Positions 12,701 to 27,258 of a stretch of 64,000 nucleotides of DNA are shown one piece after another (within the stretch, counting starts at the first letter, position 1; each line of letters opens with the position of its first letter). The notes beneath the pieces are model-generated. The model worked only from the letters and a program-made list of their open reading frames with translations. It did not search any database and was not told where the DNA came from. Source of the stretch: Eledone cirrhosa (lineage: Eukaryota); assembly GCA_964016885.1 (NCBI GenBank), contig OZ024754.1:42904001-42968000 (forward strand), given 5' to 3'. Made by a program: the position numbers and the translations under genes.

Positions 12701-15700
12701 CTTGTATATCGTATATCTCTTGTATATTGTATATCTCTTGTATATCGTATATCTCTTGTATATCTCTTGTATATTGTATATCTCTTGTATATCGTATATC
12801 TCTTGTATATTGTATATCTCTTGTATATTGTATATCTCTTGTATATCTCTTGTATATTGTATATCTCTTGTATATCTCTTGTATATTGTATATCTCTTGT
12901 ATATCTCTTGTATATTGTATATCTCTTGTATATCGTATATCTCTTGTATATTGTATATCTCTTGTATATCGTATATCTCTTGTATATTGTATATCTCTTG
13001 TATATCGTATATCTCTTGTATATTGTATATCTCTTGTATATTGTATATCTCTTGTATATTGTATATCTCTTGTATATTGTATATCTCTTGTATATCGTAT
13101 ATCTCTTGTATATTGTATATCTCTTGTATATCGTATATCTCTTGTATATTGTATATCTCTTGTATATCTCTTGTATATTGTATATCTCTTGTATATCTCT
13201 TGTATATCGTATATCTCTTGTATATTGTATATCTCTTGTATATCTCTTGTATATCGTATATCTCTTGTATATCTCTTGTATATTGTATATCTCTTGTATA
13301 TCTCTTGTATATCGTATATCTCTTGTATATTGTATATCTCTTGTATATCGTATATCTCTTGTATATCGTATATCTCTTGTATATCGTATATCTCTTGTAT
13401 ATTGTATATCTCTTGTATATTGTATATCTCTTGTATATCTCTTGTATATCGTATATCTCTTGTATATTGTATATCTCTTGCATATCGTATATCTCTTGTA
13501 TATCGTATATCTCTTGTATATCTCTTGTATATCGTATATCTCTTGTATATTGTATATCTCTTGTATATCTCTTGTATATCGTATATCTCTTGTATATTGT
13601 ATATCTCTTGTATATCGTATATCTCTTGTATATCGTATATCTCTTGTATATTGTATATCTCTTGTATATTGTATATCTCTTGTATATCGTATATCTCTTG
13701 TATATCGTATATCTCTTGTATATTGTATATCTCTTGTATATCGTATATCTCTTGTATATTGTATATCTCTTGTATATCTCTTGTATATTGTATATCTCTT
13801 GTATATTGTATATCTCTTGTATATCTCTTGTATATTGTATATCTCTTGTATATTGTATATCTCTTGTATATCTCTTGTATATCGTATATCTCTTGTATAT
13901 TGTATATCTCTTGTATATCTCTTGTATATTGTATATCTCTTGTATATTGTATATCTCTTGTATATTGTATATCTCTTGTATATCGTATATCTCTTGTATA
14001 TCGTATATCTCTTGTATATTGTATATCTCTTGTATATCTCTTGTATATTGTATATCTCTTGTATATTGTATATCTCTTGTATATCTCTTGTATATTGTAT
14101 ATCTCTTGTATATTGTATATCTCTTGTATATCTCTTGTATATCGTATATCTCTTGTATATTGTATATCTCTTGTATATCTCTTGTATATTGTATATCTCT
14201 TGTATATTGTATATCTCTTGTATATCGTATATCTCTTGTATATCGTATATCTCTTGTATATCGTATATCTCTTGTATATCGTATATCTCTTGTATATTGT
14301 ATATCTCTTGTATATTGTATATCTCTTGTATATCGTATATCTCTTGTATATTGTATATCTCTTGTATATTGTATATCTCTTGTATATCTCTTGTATATTG
14401 TATATCTCTTGTATATCTCTTGTATATCGTATATCTCTTGTATATTGTATATCTCTTGTATATCTCTTGTATATCTCTTGTATATCGTATATCTCTTGTA
14501 TATTGTATATCTCTTGTATATCTCTTGTATATCTCTTGTATATTGTATATCTCTTGTATATCGTATATCTCTTGTATATCTCTTGTATATTGTATATCTC
14601 TTGTATATTGTATATCTCTTGTATATCTCTTGTATATCGTATATCTCTTGTATATCGTATATCTCTTGTATATCGTATATCTCTTGTATATTGTATATCT
14701 CTTGTATATCTCTTGTATATTGTATATCTCTTGTATATTGTATATCTCTTGTATATCGTATATCTCTTGTATATTGTATATCTCTTGTATATCGTATATC
14801 TCTTGTATATTGTATATCTCTTGTATATCTCTTGTATATTGTATATCTCTTGTATATCGTATATCTCTTGTATATTGTATATCTCTTGTATATCGTATAT
14901 CTCTTGTATATTGTATATCTCTTGTATATCTCTTGTATATTGTATATCTCTTGTATATCGTATATCTCTTGTATATTGTATATCTCTTGTATATTGTATA
15001 TCTCTTGTATATCTCTTGTATATTGTATATCTCTTGTATATCGTATATCTCTTGTATATCTCTTGTATATTGTATATCTCTTGTATATCTCTTGTATATC
15101 GTATATCTCTTGTATATTGTATATCTCTTGTATATCGTATATCTCTTGTATATTGTATATCTCTTGTATATCGTATATCTCTTGTATATTGTATATCTCT
15201 TGTATATCTCTTGTATATTGTATATCTCTTGTATATCGTATATCTCTTGTATATTGTATATCTCTTGTATATCGTATATCTCTTGTATATCTCTTGTATA
15301 TTGTATATCTCTTGTATATCGTATATCTCTTGTATATTGTATATCTCTTGTATATCTCTTGTATATTGTATATCTCTTGTATATCTCTTGTATATTGTAT
15401 ATCTCTTGTATATCTCTTGTATATTGTATATCTCTTGTATATCTCTTGTATATCTCTTGTATATCGTATATCTCTTGTATATTGTATATCTCTTGTATAT
15501 CGTATATCTCTTGTATATTGTATATCTCTTGTATATCGTATATCTCTTGTATATTGTATATCTCTTGTATATTGTATATCTCTTGTATATTGTATATCTC
15601 TTGTATATTGTATATCTCTTGTATATCGTATATCTCTTGTATATTGTATATCTCTTGTATATCGTATATCTCTTGTATATTGTATATCTCTTGTATATCT

Positions 15701-15896
15701 CTTGTATATTGTATATCTCTTGTATATTGTATATCTCTTGTATATCGTATATCTCTTGTATATTGTATATCTCTTGTATATCGTATATCTCTTGTATATT
15801 GTATATCTCTTGTATATTGTATATCTCTTGTATATTGTATATCTCTTGTATATTGTATATCTCTTGTATATCGTATATCTCTTGTATATTGTATAT
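9757..15896. repeat. 6.1-kb satellite built from the 11-mer TGTATATCTCT and the 18-mers TGTATAT(T/C)GTATATCTCT
   Basis: Near-perfect mosaic of three unit types with only two visible point variants (~10497, ~13481). The units have no stop codons, hence the ~2000-aa ORFs in several frames. Confidence 0.98.
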
Positions 15897-15903
15897 CAAA
15901 TGT

Positions 15904-16113
15904 GGATTGGCAGTATCGGTAGAGGGTCGTACGCCATGTTTTGCAGCATAGAGTTACGGTCCTTTATGATCTGAGTTCAAATACCGCCGAGGTTAATTTT
16001 GCCTTTCATCCTTACGGGGGTCGATAAAATAAAGTACCAGTCACGCACTGGGGTCGATTTTATCGACTTTCCCCTCCCCCCAAAATTGCTGGCCTTGTGC
16101 CTATATAAGAAAC

Positions 16114-16118
<5 letters not shown>
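15904..16118 (+). mobile_element. Full-length SINE S1 with (ATT)n tail
   Basis: GGATTGGCAGTATCGGTAGAG head, B box GAGTTCAAAT, central GCCTTTCATCCTTACGGGGGTCGATAAAATAAAGTACCAG, 3' GGCCTTGTGCC...AGAAAC, then (ATT)n. Confidence 0.85.
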
Positions 16119-16148
<30 letters not shown>

Positions 16149-16152
16149 TTGC

Positions 16153-16272
16153 CATTCTGAGTTCAAATCCCGCCAAGGTTAACTTTGCCTTTCATCCTTA
16201 TGGGGTCGATAAAATAAAGTACCAGTAATGCACTGGGTAATTGCTGGCCTTGTGCCTAAAGTAGAAACAATT
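16153..16272 (+). mobile_element. 5'-truncated SINE S1
   Basis: Same body from TTCTGAGTTCAAATCCCGCC to GTAGAAACAATT, then (ATT)n. Confidence 0.85.
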
Positions 16273-16657
16273 ATTATTATTATTATTATTTTGTGTTGCT
16301 GTCACAGTTGTTATTATCATTATTATTTTTTGTGATGATAAATCAAGCAAAATGGTTGCTAAATGTTTTGTTTTGTTTTTCCCCCCCAAAAAATCCTTCC
16401 TTAACAGATTTCTGTCTAATTTTGTGTCATTTTTACTAAATTCTACAATGGCCGCCATTGTCAAAAACAATGATGTTCACTTAATATCGTTATTATAATA
16501 AAGTGCCACGATATTTCACAACCACATTCAGCTTCTCTTTCTTCATTTCTCATTTCTGACCAATTATTAGTCGTCATGTCACCTGACATTTCCTTTTTTA
16601 CTTTCTATTTGGAAACGAGGCGTTATCTTTCTTTCAAACTCCTTCAATTTCACTTCT

Positions 16658-16757
<100 letters not shown>

Positions 16758-16895
16758 ATACATACACACATATACATATTAATATACGTATATATTTGTG
16801 AGCACACACACAGATATATATATACATATTTATACATATATATATATTTATATATATTAATATATATATATATATATATATTAACACAAGCACAA

Positions 16896-16940
<45 letters not shown>

Positions 16941-16996
16941 TATATATATATATTAATATATATATATATATATATTAATATATATATATATATATA

Positions 16997-17038
<42 letters not shown>

Positions 17039-17216
17039 AATTTATACATACATACGTACATACATACACACACATATATATATATATAACATCGGCAAGC
17101 GACCACAACAATAAAAGCAAGAACAACAACTGCATGAATACCATTTCCACCTAAAATAACATAAAAAACAGCAATATATACATACATACATATATACACA
17201 CAACGGTGTATATATG

Positions 17217-17347
<131 letters not shown>

Positions 17348-17392
17348 ATATATATATATTTATTTATATATATATATTTATATATATATATT

Positions 17393-17463
<71 letters not shown>

Positions 17464-17474
17464 ATATATATATA

Positions 17475-17562
<88 letters not shown>

Positions 17563-18059
17563 CCTTTCCGTGTTTCTTCCACCATTTTCTTCTCCCTTCC
17601 ATTTATTCGCTGGTCTAAACGAGATCTTTTTATCCAATAAAAATTAGCAATTTACACATTAATTAAATCCCGTAACAACTAGAAAATAATAGAACAAATA
17701 AATAAAATCTTCTTCTTCTTCTCCACCCCCCCCGTCATACCCCTCCCCCTACCTCCTACCGGTGTCAATTATTATTATTTAAATATAAAGCCATGCTAAT
17801 AGACTGTTGTCAAATCTAAATTATTTCGACAGATTATCTGCTGATTATTTTGTTCTGAGCCATTAGAGAGAGTCTGGTGATGTTCAGGATTTTAATGACA
17901 GCAACAACAACAACAATAACAACAACAATAACAATGACATCAACAATAAAAACACCAGCATCAGCAACAACAGCAATAACAACACCAGCATCAATTATAA
18001 CAACAACAAAAAACATCAATAACCATGACACCATCACCTCCCCAAAAAATAACAGGAGC

Positions 18060-18105
<46 letters not shown>

Positions 18106-18207
18106 GCAACAATAATAACAACAACAACAATAACAGCGCTAGCCACACAATAATACCGTCAACAATCACTAACACCACCTTCACCACCACCACCACCTCT
18201 ATATCTT

Positions 18208-18482
18208 TACATGATATAAGCGGCCTGCTATGACTTTTGTCTTTACATGTTGTAAGCGGCCTAATATGTCTTTACATGTTTTAAGCGGCCTACTGTGTCT
18301 TTACATGTTGTAAGCGGCCTACTATGACTTTTGTCTTTACATGTTGTAAGCGGCCTAATATGTCTTTACATGTTTTAAGCGGCCTACTGTGTCTTTACAT
18401 GTTGTAAGCGGCCTACTATATCTTTCACATGTTGTAAGCTGCCTACTATGACGTATGTCTTTACATGTTGTAAGCGGCCTAC
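18208..18482. repeat. ~29-39-bp minisatellite TCTTTACATGTTGTAAGCGGCCTACTATG
   Basis: About 9 tandem copies. Confidence 0.93.
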
Positions 18483-18905
18483 ATGTTATACGATGTTTCT
18501 TAGAAGCTGTAAAACATTTAGTTTCTAACTCTGCTATTTGTACAGTTCCACTACCTTCCTCACTGCCATGCTAACGATTACAAGTTGGTACCAAACTGCC
18601 TAAAATTGCCCCTGATTCTACGAGAGAAATCTGTCTATTATAAAAGTACATATGTCTATAAAGAATACATTCCGTTAAAATATTATGCAAGAACTTTTAT
18701 GTTTAAGAACCAGTTTGATAATAAGGAAGTTAATTCTTTGGAATAAATTCCTCCAAATTCTTCGTCTTCCATAATTTTAGAGCTGATAAATAATGTTCCA
18801 GTCTACTAGTATTATGGTAGATCCTTCTCTCTCTCTCCCTCTCCCTCACTCACTCTCTTAGTCTTTCTGTCTCTCAAATAATTCAGCTGTGTTCAGACAT
18901 GCAGA

Positions 18906-18950
<45 letters not shown>

Positions 18951-18951
<1 letters not shown>

Positions 18952-19215
18952 AAAACAAGATGGCGTAGGTCAGAACAAAGGAGAGGCTAAAAAACAAAGA
19001 AAATAATCCCCAGTCACTGAAGAGGTCACAGAATGTGTGACGAAAGAACTTTAACAATATATGAACAATTGTCTGGTTGTGGAACCAACCAACCAACCAA
19101 CCGGAAATTTATAAATTCCTAAATTTATAAATTTAATTTATAATAAATTGAAGTGAAAGCAACTGGTGCATGTGTTTCTTATTGGCAACATGACCCTCCC
19201 AAATTATAACAATAT
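18951..19215 (+). mobile_element. ~260-bp (TA)n-associated hammerhead-bearing element, family H3 (PLE pLTR/retrozyme-like); HHR at 19013-19055
   Basis: Highly similar to 42745-43003 and, inverted, to 44958-45165. Motif: GTCA-CTGAAGA-G-GTCACA GAATG TGTGAC-GAAAGAACTT-TAAC (one stem I mismatch). Confidence 0.8.
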
Positions 19216-19269
19216 CGGTTTCAACACACGTTTTCAGATAAAGAATCTTGCTAAGCAAATTCAGAAACG

Positions 19270-19369
<100 letters not shown>

Positions 19370-19406
19370 GGATATAGAGAGAGGGATATAGAGAGAGGGT
19401 TAGAGA

Positions 19407-19485
<79 letters not shown>

Positions 19486-20047
19486 GCTCCACCAAGTCTA
19501 AAATCGCTCCAAACACGCCGTATGCTACAACGACGCCTCTGCAAACTCCATTAGGAGTTCAGGACCCATCGATGGATGGATGGATTCTTCATCTAGGGGA
19601 ATATAAGACAAGTAATATTATACCTCATACCTAAGTACATAACTCACACTATACATACCCAGCCACTTCGTTTATCTGGCAGTCCATCTAATCGAATTTT
19701 CACTCCCTTCTCCAACCACAAACAAAACCAAAGAAAAAAAAAACCCATTCCATCCTTTAAGCTTTTCTATTAATCATCTATATATAAAACCTAACCAACA
19801 GAGTATCTATCGGCCATAACATTTCTTTCTAGTGTGCATAACACCGAGTTATCTGCGCCTGGCAACATTCTCCCCCACCCCCTCCCAATAAATATAAGTA
19901 TGTGAGAAATTCAATATGACCAGATTAAAAAGTTGATGCACACAGTCTTTCGTCCCGTTGCCACGTCTCAATTTTCACTCTCATGAGAGTTTTAAAATAA
20001 CTATTCCCCTATATATGTCACACAAGCAATTGGAAACAAAAAAAAGT

Positions 20048-20081
<34 letters not shown>

Positions 20082-20437
20082 CCACCACCACCACCACCAC
20101 CAACAACAACACCACCACCAACAACAACAATAATACAATGGAATTGATTGTTAAGTTCAATTTCCTTTTTTCTGAATGAAAGATAAAACAAAAACAAAAG
20201 TAACACAAACAACACAACACTAAAAACAATTGCTTTCCGATATCGCTTACAACATTAAATGAAACGCATGCGCAATCGGTATTGTGCGATATTTTATATG
20301 GTATTTTAGTTCCAGTTTGTTGCTTCCATTTCTTTTGCGATTTGTCATTCTTTGCTAAATGGAAGAAGACCAACGTTGATGTCTTTGAGATAGCAAAGTA
20401 ATTGAAATATCTAAAGAAATTCGATAGAAAAGATAAG

Positions 20438-20543
<106 letters not shown>

Positions 20544-20570
20544 GCATATACATATGCATATATATATATA

Positions 20571-20616
<46 letters not shown>

Positions 20617-20657
20617 CGAAACATAAGTCAATTGCATGAACTCAAAATCCTTTATTT

Positions 20658-20713
20658 ACTGCTATATATATTTCGATGATAGCCATTGAATGGCTATGAC
20701 CTCATCAGGCAGT
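20658..20713 (-). ncRNA. Intact type I hammerhead motif (H4, left arm)
   Basis: Minus strand: ACTGC-CTGATGA-GGTCATAGCCAT TCA ATGGCTATCATC-GAA-ATATATAT-A-GCAGT, then AAATAAA. Confidence 0.88.
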
Positions 20714-20779
20714 TAGTCAGTTCTTAGATATGCCAGCTAACACTATACACACAGAGCTGGCATATCTAAGAACTGACTA

Positions 20780-20835
20780 ACTGCCTGATGAGATCATAGC
20801 CATTCAATGGCTATCATCGAAATATATATAGCAGT
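20780..20835 (+). ncRNA. Intact type I hammerhead motif (H4, right arm)
   Basis: ACTGC-CTGATGA-GATCATAGCCAT TCA ATGGCTATCATC-GAA-ATATATAT-A-GCAGT-AAATAAA. Confidence 0.88.
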
Positions 20836-21021
20836 AAATAAAGGCAAAACCTGAAATGAACATTGAAAGTTCATAAGAAACCTCTAAATTTGGAAAAATC
20901 TAATAATTTCCCCGAAAAAGATTTTCTTTTCATGATACAGGGGCGTGGGAGGTGGAGGGGGGGGGGGGGGCTGTGTGACCCACAAGAATTTTAGCGGAAG
21001 TGTTGGTCAGTTTTGGAAGTA

Positions 21022-21053
<32 letters not shown>

Positions 21054-21077
21054 TTATTAAAATAACATATTTATTAA

Positions 21078-21223
21078 AAGGGTGAAAGCAGCGATTCTTT
21101 GTTTAAACTTTAATCTGTTATTTTTATAAATATTTACTCTATGTTTTTATATATTTATATATATATATATATATAATCCTTATCGAACCCTCTTCGGATT
21201 TTAGTCTTCACATTTATTATTAT

Positions 21224-21300
<77 letters not shown>

Positions 21301-21830
21301 TAATTACAACAGTGACAAACAGGTGCTCAAGTTTCGTTGGGTTCTGGGCCCCAATTCGTTCAACCAGTCATGAGAAAAATAAAAATAAAAATAAAAATAA
21401 AAATAAAAATAAAAATAAAAATAAAAATAAAAATAAAAATAAAAATAAAAATAAAAATAAAAATAAAAATAAAAATAAAAATAAAAATAAAAAATAAAAG
21501 GTTTTCTATTTTTCTCATGACTGGCTGAATGAATTGGGGCCCAGAACCAAACGAAACTTGAGCACCTGTTTATGTCACTGTTGTAATTATTTATACTAAA
21601 CTCATCCTATGGACTGAGTTCTCTTACTCTTGGATATTTACTTCAGCATATATATATATATATAGTAATAATAATAAATGTGAAGACTAAAACCCAAAGA
21701 AGGCTCGATAAGGATAAATATATATCAAATATATAAGAACCGTAGAGCAGATATCTATTAAAATAACAGAAGATCCCGTTAAGGGTGAAAGCATCGATTC
21801 TTTGCTTAAACTTTAATCTGTTATTTTAAT
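21078..21830. mobile_element. Nested inverted-repeat complex: H5 fragments (21078-21228, inverted 21663-21770, forward 21767-21830) around an inner palindrome (21300-21590)
   Basis: ATCCTTATCGAACCC...CTTCACATTTATTATTATTACTA is mirrored at 21663-21715. The inner arms 21300-21381 and 21507-21590 flank (AAAAAT)n. AAGGGTGAAAGCA...TTAAACTTTAATCTGTTATT is shared with 48710-48771. Confidence 0.8.
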
Positions 21831-21840
21831 AAATAAATAA

Positions 21841-21877
<37 letters not shown>

Positions 21878-22903
21878 TAATTCAGCGAGAATCGTATTTT
21901 GGCTGGTAGAAAAAGCGAAACGAAACGCAAAATCATAGAAATGCTGGCAAGCGCTCAATAGTTAAAAAATTAGAGCTAAACAATAAGTTAAAACGCCATA
22001 CAAACTGAAAAAGTGGTTAAGAAGGCATTAACCACCTAAGCCAAAAAAGAAATCAAGCTAAACAGGTCAAACAAAATAAGATAAAATAAATGATATATAT
22101 ATATATATATGCTTTTAAATTCCCTTTTTGGCATATTAATCAGTGAGAATCTGGCTATCGTGTTGAGCTCTGCTGAGGATGGTATTCCAACCGTACCCAT
22201 CTCAACTGAAAGTTTACGTGAAATAGTCTTTTTCAAGACTATACAGAGCATTTGTAGTTGTCCCAAATTGAAGGATGAGTATTTTAAACTTTATTTTATC
22301 ATGAGTTAAGGCTCTATTGATTTTTCCCTGGATTTCACCAAATTCTGTTGGATGAATCTATATCCTGATTCTTTTTGAATTGAGTTTGAATTATTTTTCT
22401 CACATCTTACGTTAACTATTTCCCCATCTTGACGCTATAGTCACTTATATATTATGGAATAATGTTGGCTTCTTGCTACAATACTTTCTATACCTTTCAG
22501 AGAGGGACTAGGGAGAGAGAGAGAGAGAGACTAGGGAGAGATAGTGAAAAAGAGAGACCTTGGATAATTATCTGTCTAATTTTCTACCTATCCCTCTATT
22601 TCTCATATTTCTTTCTATATATCTTACAAACTCTATAGCTATTACAGGTCTGCCTGTCTGCCTGTCTGTCTATCTATCTATCTATCTGTCTATCAGAATA
22701 TGTGTGTCTCATTGTTTGCTAAATCCCAGCTGTCACTACAATAGCTGGTCATTGTTCCACTCCCACTACATGACAGATCTGCTTATCTCTCTCCAATCTG
22801 GTCACAAGCGTGACACAGTATTAACGCCATCGCTTTTTGTCTATAGTCCCGCACATACATACATACATACATACATACATACATACATACATACATACAT
22901 ACA

Positions 22904-22939
<36 letters not shown>

Positions 22940-23067
22940 TATATATACATACATACATACATACATACATACATACATACATACATACATACATAAATAC
23001 ATACATACATACATACATGCTTACATACATACATACATACACACACACCTTCAATCACTGATAAACC

Positions 23068-23143
<76 letters not shown>

Positions 23144-23281
23144 CGCTGAATAATATGCACATATGTATATATATATACATGTATATATATATATATATAT
23201 ATACATGTATATATATATACATATACATATACATGTATATATATATACATATACATACACATATATATATATATATATATG

Positions 23282-23325
<44 letters not shown>

Positions 23326-24484
23326 TGTGTATGTATATATATGTGTGTGTATGTACGTATATATGTGTTTATATGTATGTGTGTGTGAACTTGTATCCAT
23401 TTTGTCATAAAACACTGTTCGATTTGTAATCATCCTTAGACAGTCTTCTTGTTGATATCCCCCCCCCCCCCCCCCCCCTACCACGACCACCACCACCACC
23501 ACCACCACCACCATCAACACCATCAACACCACCACCACCACCATCAACACCACCACCACCACCACCACCATCAACACCACCACCACCACCATCAACACCA
23601 CCACCACCACCACCACTACACCACCACCACCACCACCACCACCACCACCACCACCACCACCACCACCACCACCACCACCACCACTACTATGATACACATG
23701 ATTTTATACAAAGTTATTTTTCCTCTGGGGACTTCTCGCCATTCTCTCAACTTGATCACGCATTTTCTCGTTTCCTGTTTTTTATGCTTCTTTGTTGTTG
23801 TTGTTGCTGTTATTGTTGCTGGTATCATTATTATTGTTGTTGTTGTTGTTGTTGTGTTAATTATTGTTGTTTTTGTACTTATTGTCGTCATTATTGTTGT
23901 TGTTGTTGTATTGTCAATAGTTTTGTCTAACTGTTGCATCATCTTGTTATATGTTGCTGTAGATGTTGTTGTTGTTGTTGTTATGGTCATGTTTGTTAGT
24001 TGTTGTTGTTGTTGTTGTTGTTGTTGTTATGGTCATGTTTGTTAGTTGTTGTTGTTGTTGTTGTTATGGTCATGTTTGTTAGTTGTTGTTGTTGTTGTTA
24101 TCTGGTCTTATTAGTGACGTCAACAGTGATAGACAATGATACAAATAGTGATAATGATGATGATGATAGTGGTGATAGTGGTGGTGGTGGTGATGGTGGT
24201 GGTGGTGGTGGTGGTGATGGTGGTGATGGTGGTGATGGTGGTGATGGTGGTGATGGTGATGGTGGTGATGGTGATGATGGTGATGATGGTGATGGTGGTG
24301 ATGGTGGTGATGGTGGTGATGGTGATGGTGGAGATGGTGATGGTGATGGTGATGGTGATGATGGTGATGATGGTGGTGATGGTGATGGTGGTGATGGTGA
24401 TGATGATGAATGAGACATTTCCAATGATGACAACACTGTTGACAATATGCAGCGATAGGATCGATATCTGGCGCTTATTAAGGG

Positions 24485-24747
24485 GTGTGGTGGTGTGGTG
24501 GTGGTGTGGTGGTGTGGTGGTGTGGTGGTGGTGTGGTGGTGGGGAGGTGTGGTGGTGTGGTGGTGTGGTGGTGTGGTGGTGTGGTGGTGTGGTGGTGTGG
24601 TGGTGGGGAGGTGTGGTGGTGTGGTGGTGTGGTGGTGTGGTGGTGTGGTGGTGGGGAGGTGTGGTGGTGTGGTGGAGGTGTGGTGGAGGTGTGGTGGTGT
24701 GGTGGAGGTGTGGTGTGGTGGTGTGGTGGTGGGGAGGTGTGGTGGTG
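24485..24747. repeat. G-rich (GTGGTGGT)n-type repeat
   Basis: Visible tandem units. Confidence 0.9.
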
Positions 24748-25111
24748 CGATCTGGTATCGTGTGGAATCAACTGTTCTATAAGAACCACCACCTGGCTCA
24801 TTGATGCCGTTAGCAGAGTTTATACTACACACTCACACACACACATACACTTTCACATACACACACACACACCCATACACACACAACACAACCACACAAA
24901 CACACACACACAACACAACCACACACACAAACACACACACACAACTCAACCACACACACAAACACAACCACACACACAAACACACACACACAACACAACC
25001 ACACACACAAACACACACACACACAACACAACCACACACTCAAACACACACACACAACACAACCACACACACAATACACACACACACACGTTATAACGCT
25101 GATCTCTGAGG

Positions 25112-25568
25112 CCTGTACCGCCCTATACCATCCTATACCATCTTGTACCGTCCTGTACCGCCCTATACCATCCTATACCGTCATGTACCGCCCTATACCA
25201 TCCTATACCATCTTGTACCGTCCTGTACCGACCTGTACCGCCCTATACCATCCTATACCGTCCTGTACCGCCCTATACCATCCTATACCATCTTGTACCG
25301 TCCTGTACCGACCTGTACCGCCCTATACCATCCTATACCGTCCTGTACCGCCCTATACCTTCCTATACCATCCTATACCATCTTGTACCGTCCTGTACCG
25401 CCCTATACCATCCTATACCATCTTTACCGTCCTGTACCGACCTGTACCGCCCTATACCATCCTATACCATCTTGTACCGACCTGTACCGCCCTATACCAT
25501 CCTATACCATCTTGTACCGACCTGTACCGCCCTATACCATCCTATACCATCTTGTACCGTCCTGTACT
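25112..25568. repeat. 10-bp-unit minisatellite (CCTGTACCGC / CCTATACCAT / CTTGTACCGT variants)
   Basis: Tandem decamer mosaic. Confidence 0.93.
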
Positions 25569-25716
25569 GTCCTTAATGTTATACTAAAGAAAACATTATT
25601 ATTATTATTTCAAGATTTATTATAATTAATGTCGTTGATAATTTCATTTGACTAACTGGATATTAATATCACTAGGGCCCCCTAGCTATTGATGTATTAT
25701 GGGAAACAAGGGTAGA

Positions 25717-25753
<37 letters not shown>

Positions 25754-25895
25754 GGAAGGGTAGATCAATAGATAGATTGATAGATATAGAATATAATACC
25801 TCGTCGTCTTATGTGGTTTTTTGGTTTGATGCAGCAAAGCAACATTATCACCCTCTTATATAAGATGTATAATGAAAATTTAACATCTCGTCCAT

Positions 25896-26442
<547 letters not shown>

Positions 26443-26562
26443 CACATATATATATATGTATTTATATATATATATATATATATATATGTTCATATGTTCG
26501 TGTTTGAGAGAAATTATGTACGATGCTATTGCATGAATGAGTGTCCCCGAATACGCGCGCGA

Positions 26563-26593
<31 letters not shown>

Positions 26594-26754
26594 TGTGTGT
26601 GTGTGTGTGTGTGTGAGTGAGTGTGTGCTTCGTTAGATGTATGTGTGTCACCATGTTCGTATTTTTGTCTGTGCGTGTATGTCACAGTCGCCATTTTATT
26701 GGGCCAAACACTGAAAAGAAACAGGACAGAAAAAATGGCAACGTTACTATTATT

Positions 26755-26939
26755 GGATTGGCAGTATCGGTAGAGGGTCGGACACCTTGCTTTGAGGCAT
26801 AGAGTTACGGCCCTTGTCATTCTGAGTTCAAATTCCGCTGAGGTTAACTTTACCTTTCATCCTCTACGGGGGCGATAAAATAAAGTACCAGTAATAGACT
26901 GGGATAATTGCTGGCCTTGTGCCAAAAGTAGAAACAATT
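26755..26939 (+). mobile_element. SINE S1
   Basis: Same head, B box, central box and 3' end as the copy at 15904. Confidence 0.85.
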
Positions 26940-27258
26940 ATTTCTATTTATCTTTTCCAAAACAACTATTTAAAATGAAATATTTCTTTGAAGTCTCGCG
27001 AGATTTGAGAATTTATACAAGATTTATTTTGTAATATATTTTAAAAGATTTTTAAAAATATTTTGTTTTACTTTTAGTTTTATTTCCCCGTTTCATAATA
27101 TCCTGTGATCAAATTACCGAACACGGTTGTGCCACTACCACCCTACCTCTACCTCGACAGTACCCACTACAGTGTACCACAGCATGATTCAAGATTTTAC
27201 TGCAAGCCGGAACTATTTTAAGACTGGAACACACCTAAATATTAAAACATTGACTAAT

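Larger units (their letters stand above)
20649..20844. mobile_element. 90-bp near-perfect inverted repeat (16-bp spacer) with a hammerhead in each arm, family H4
   Basis: Arms 20649-20738 and 20755-20844 differ at one position. Confidence 0.9.

Noticed and set aside
9713-15974. Giant ORFs of 1256-2080 aa
   Set aside because: They are open in several frames on both strands only because the satellite units lack stop codons; there is no domain content.
22166-22225. CTGAGGA...GAAA hammerhead candidate
   Set aside because: There is no stem I complement and GAAA is not adjacent to the hairpin.
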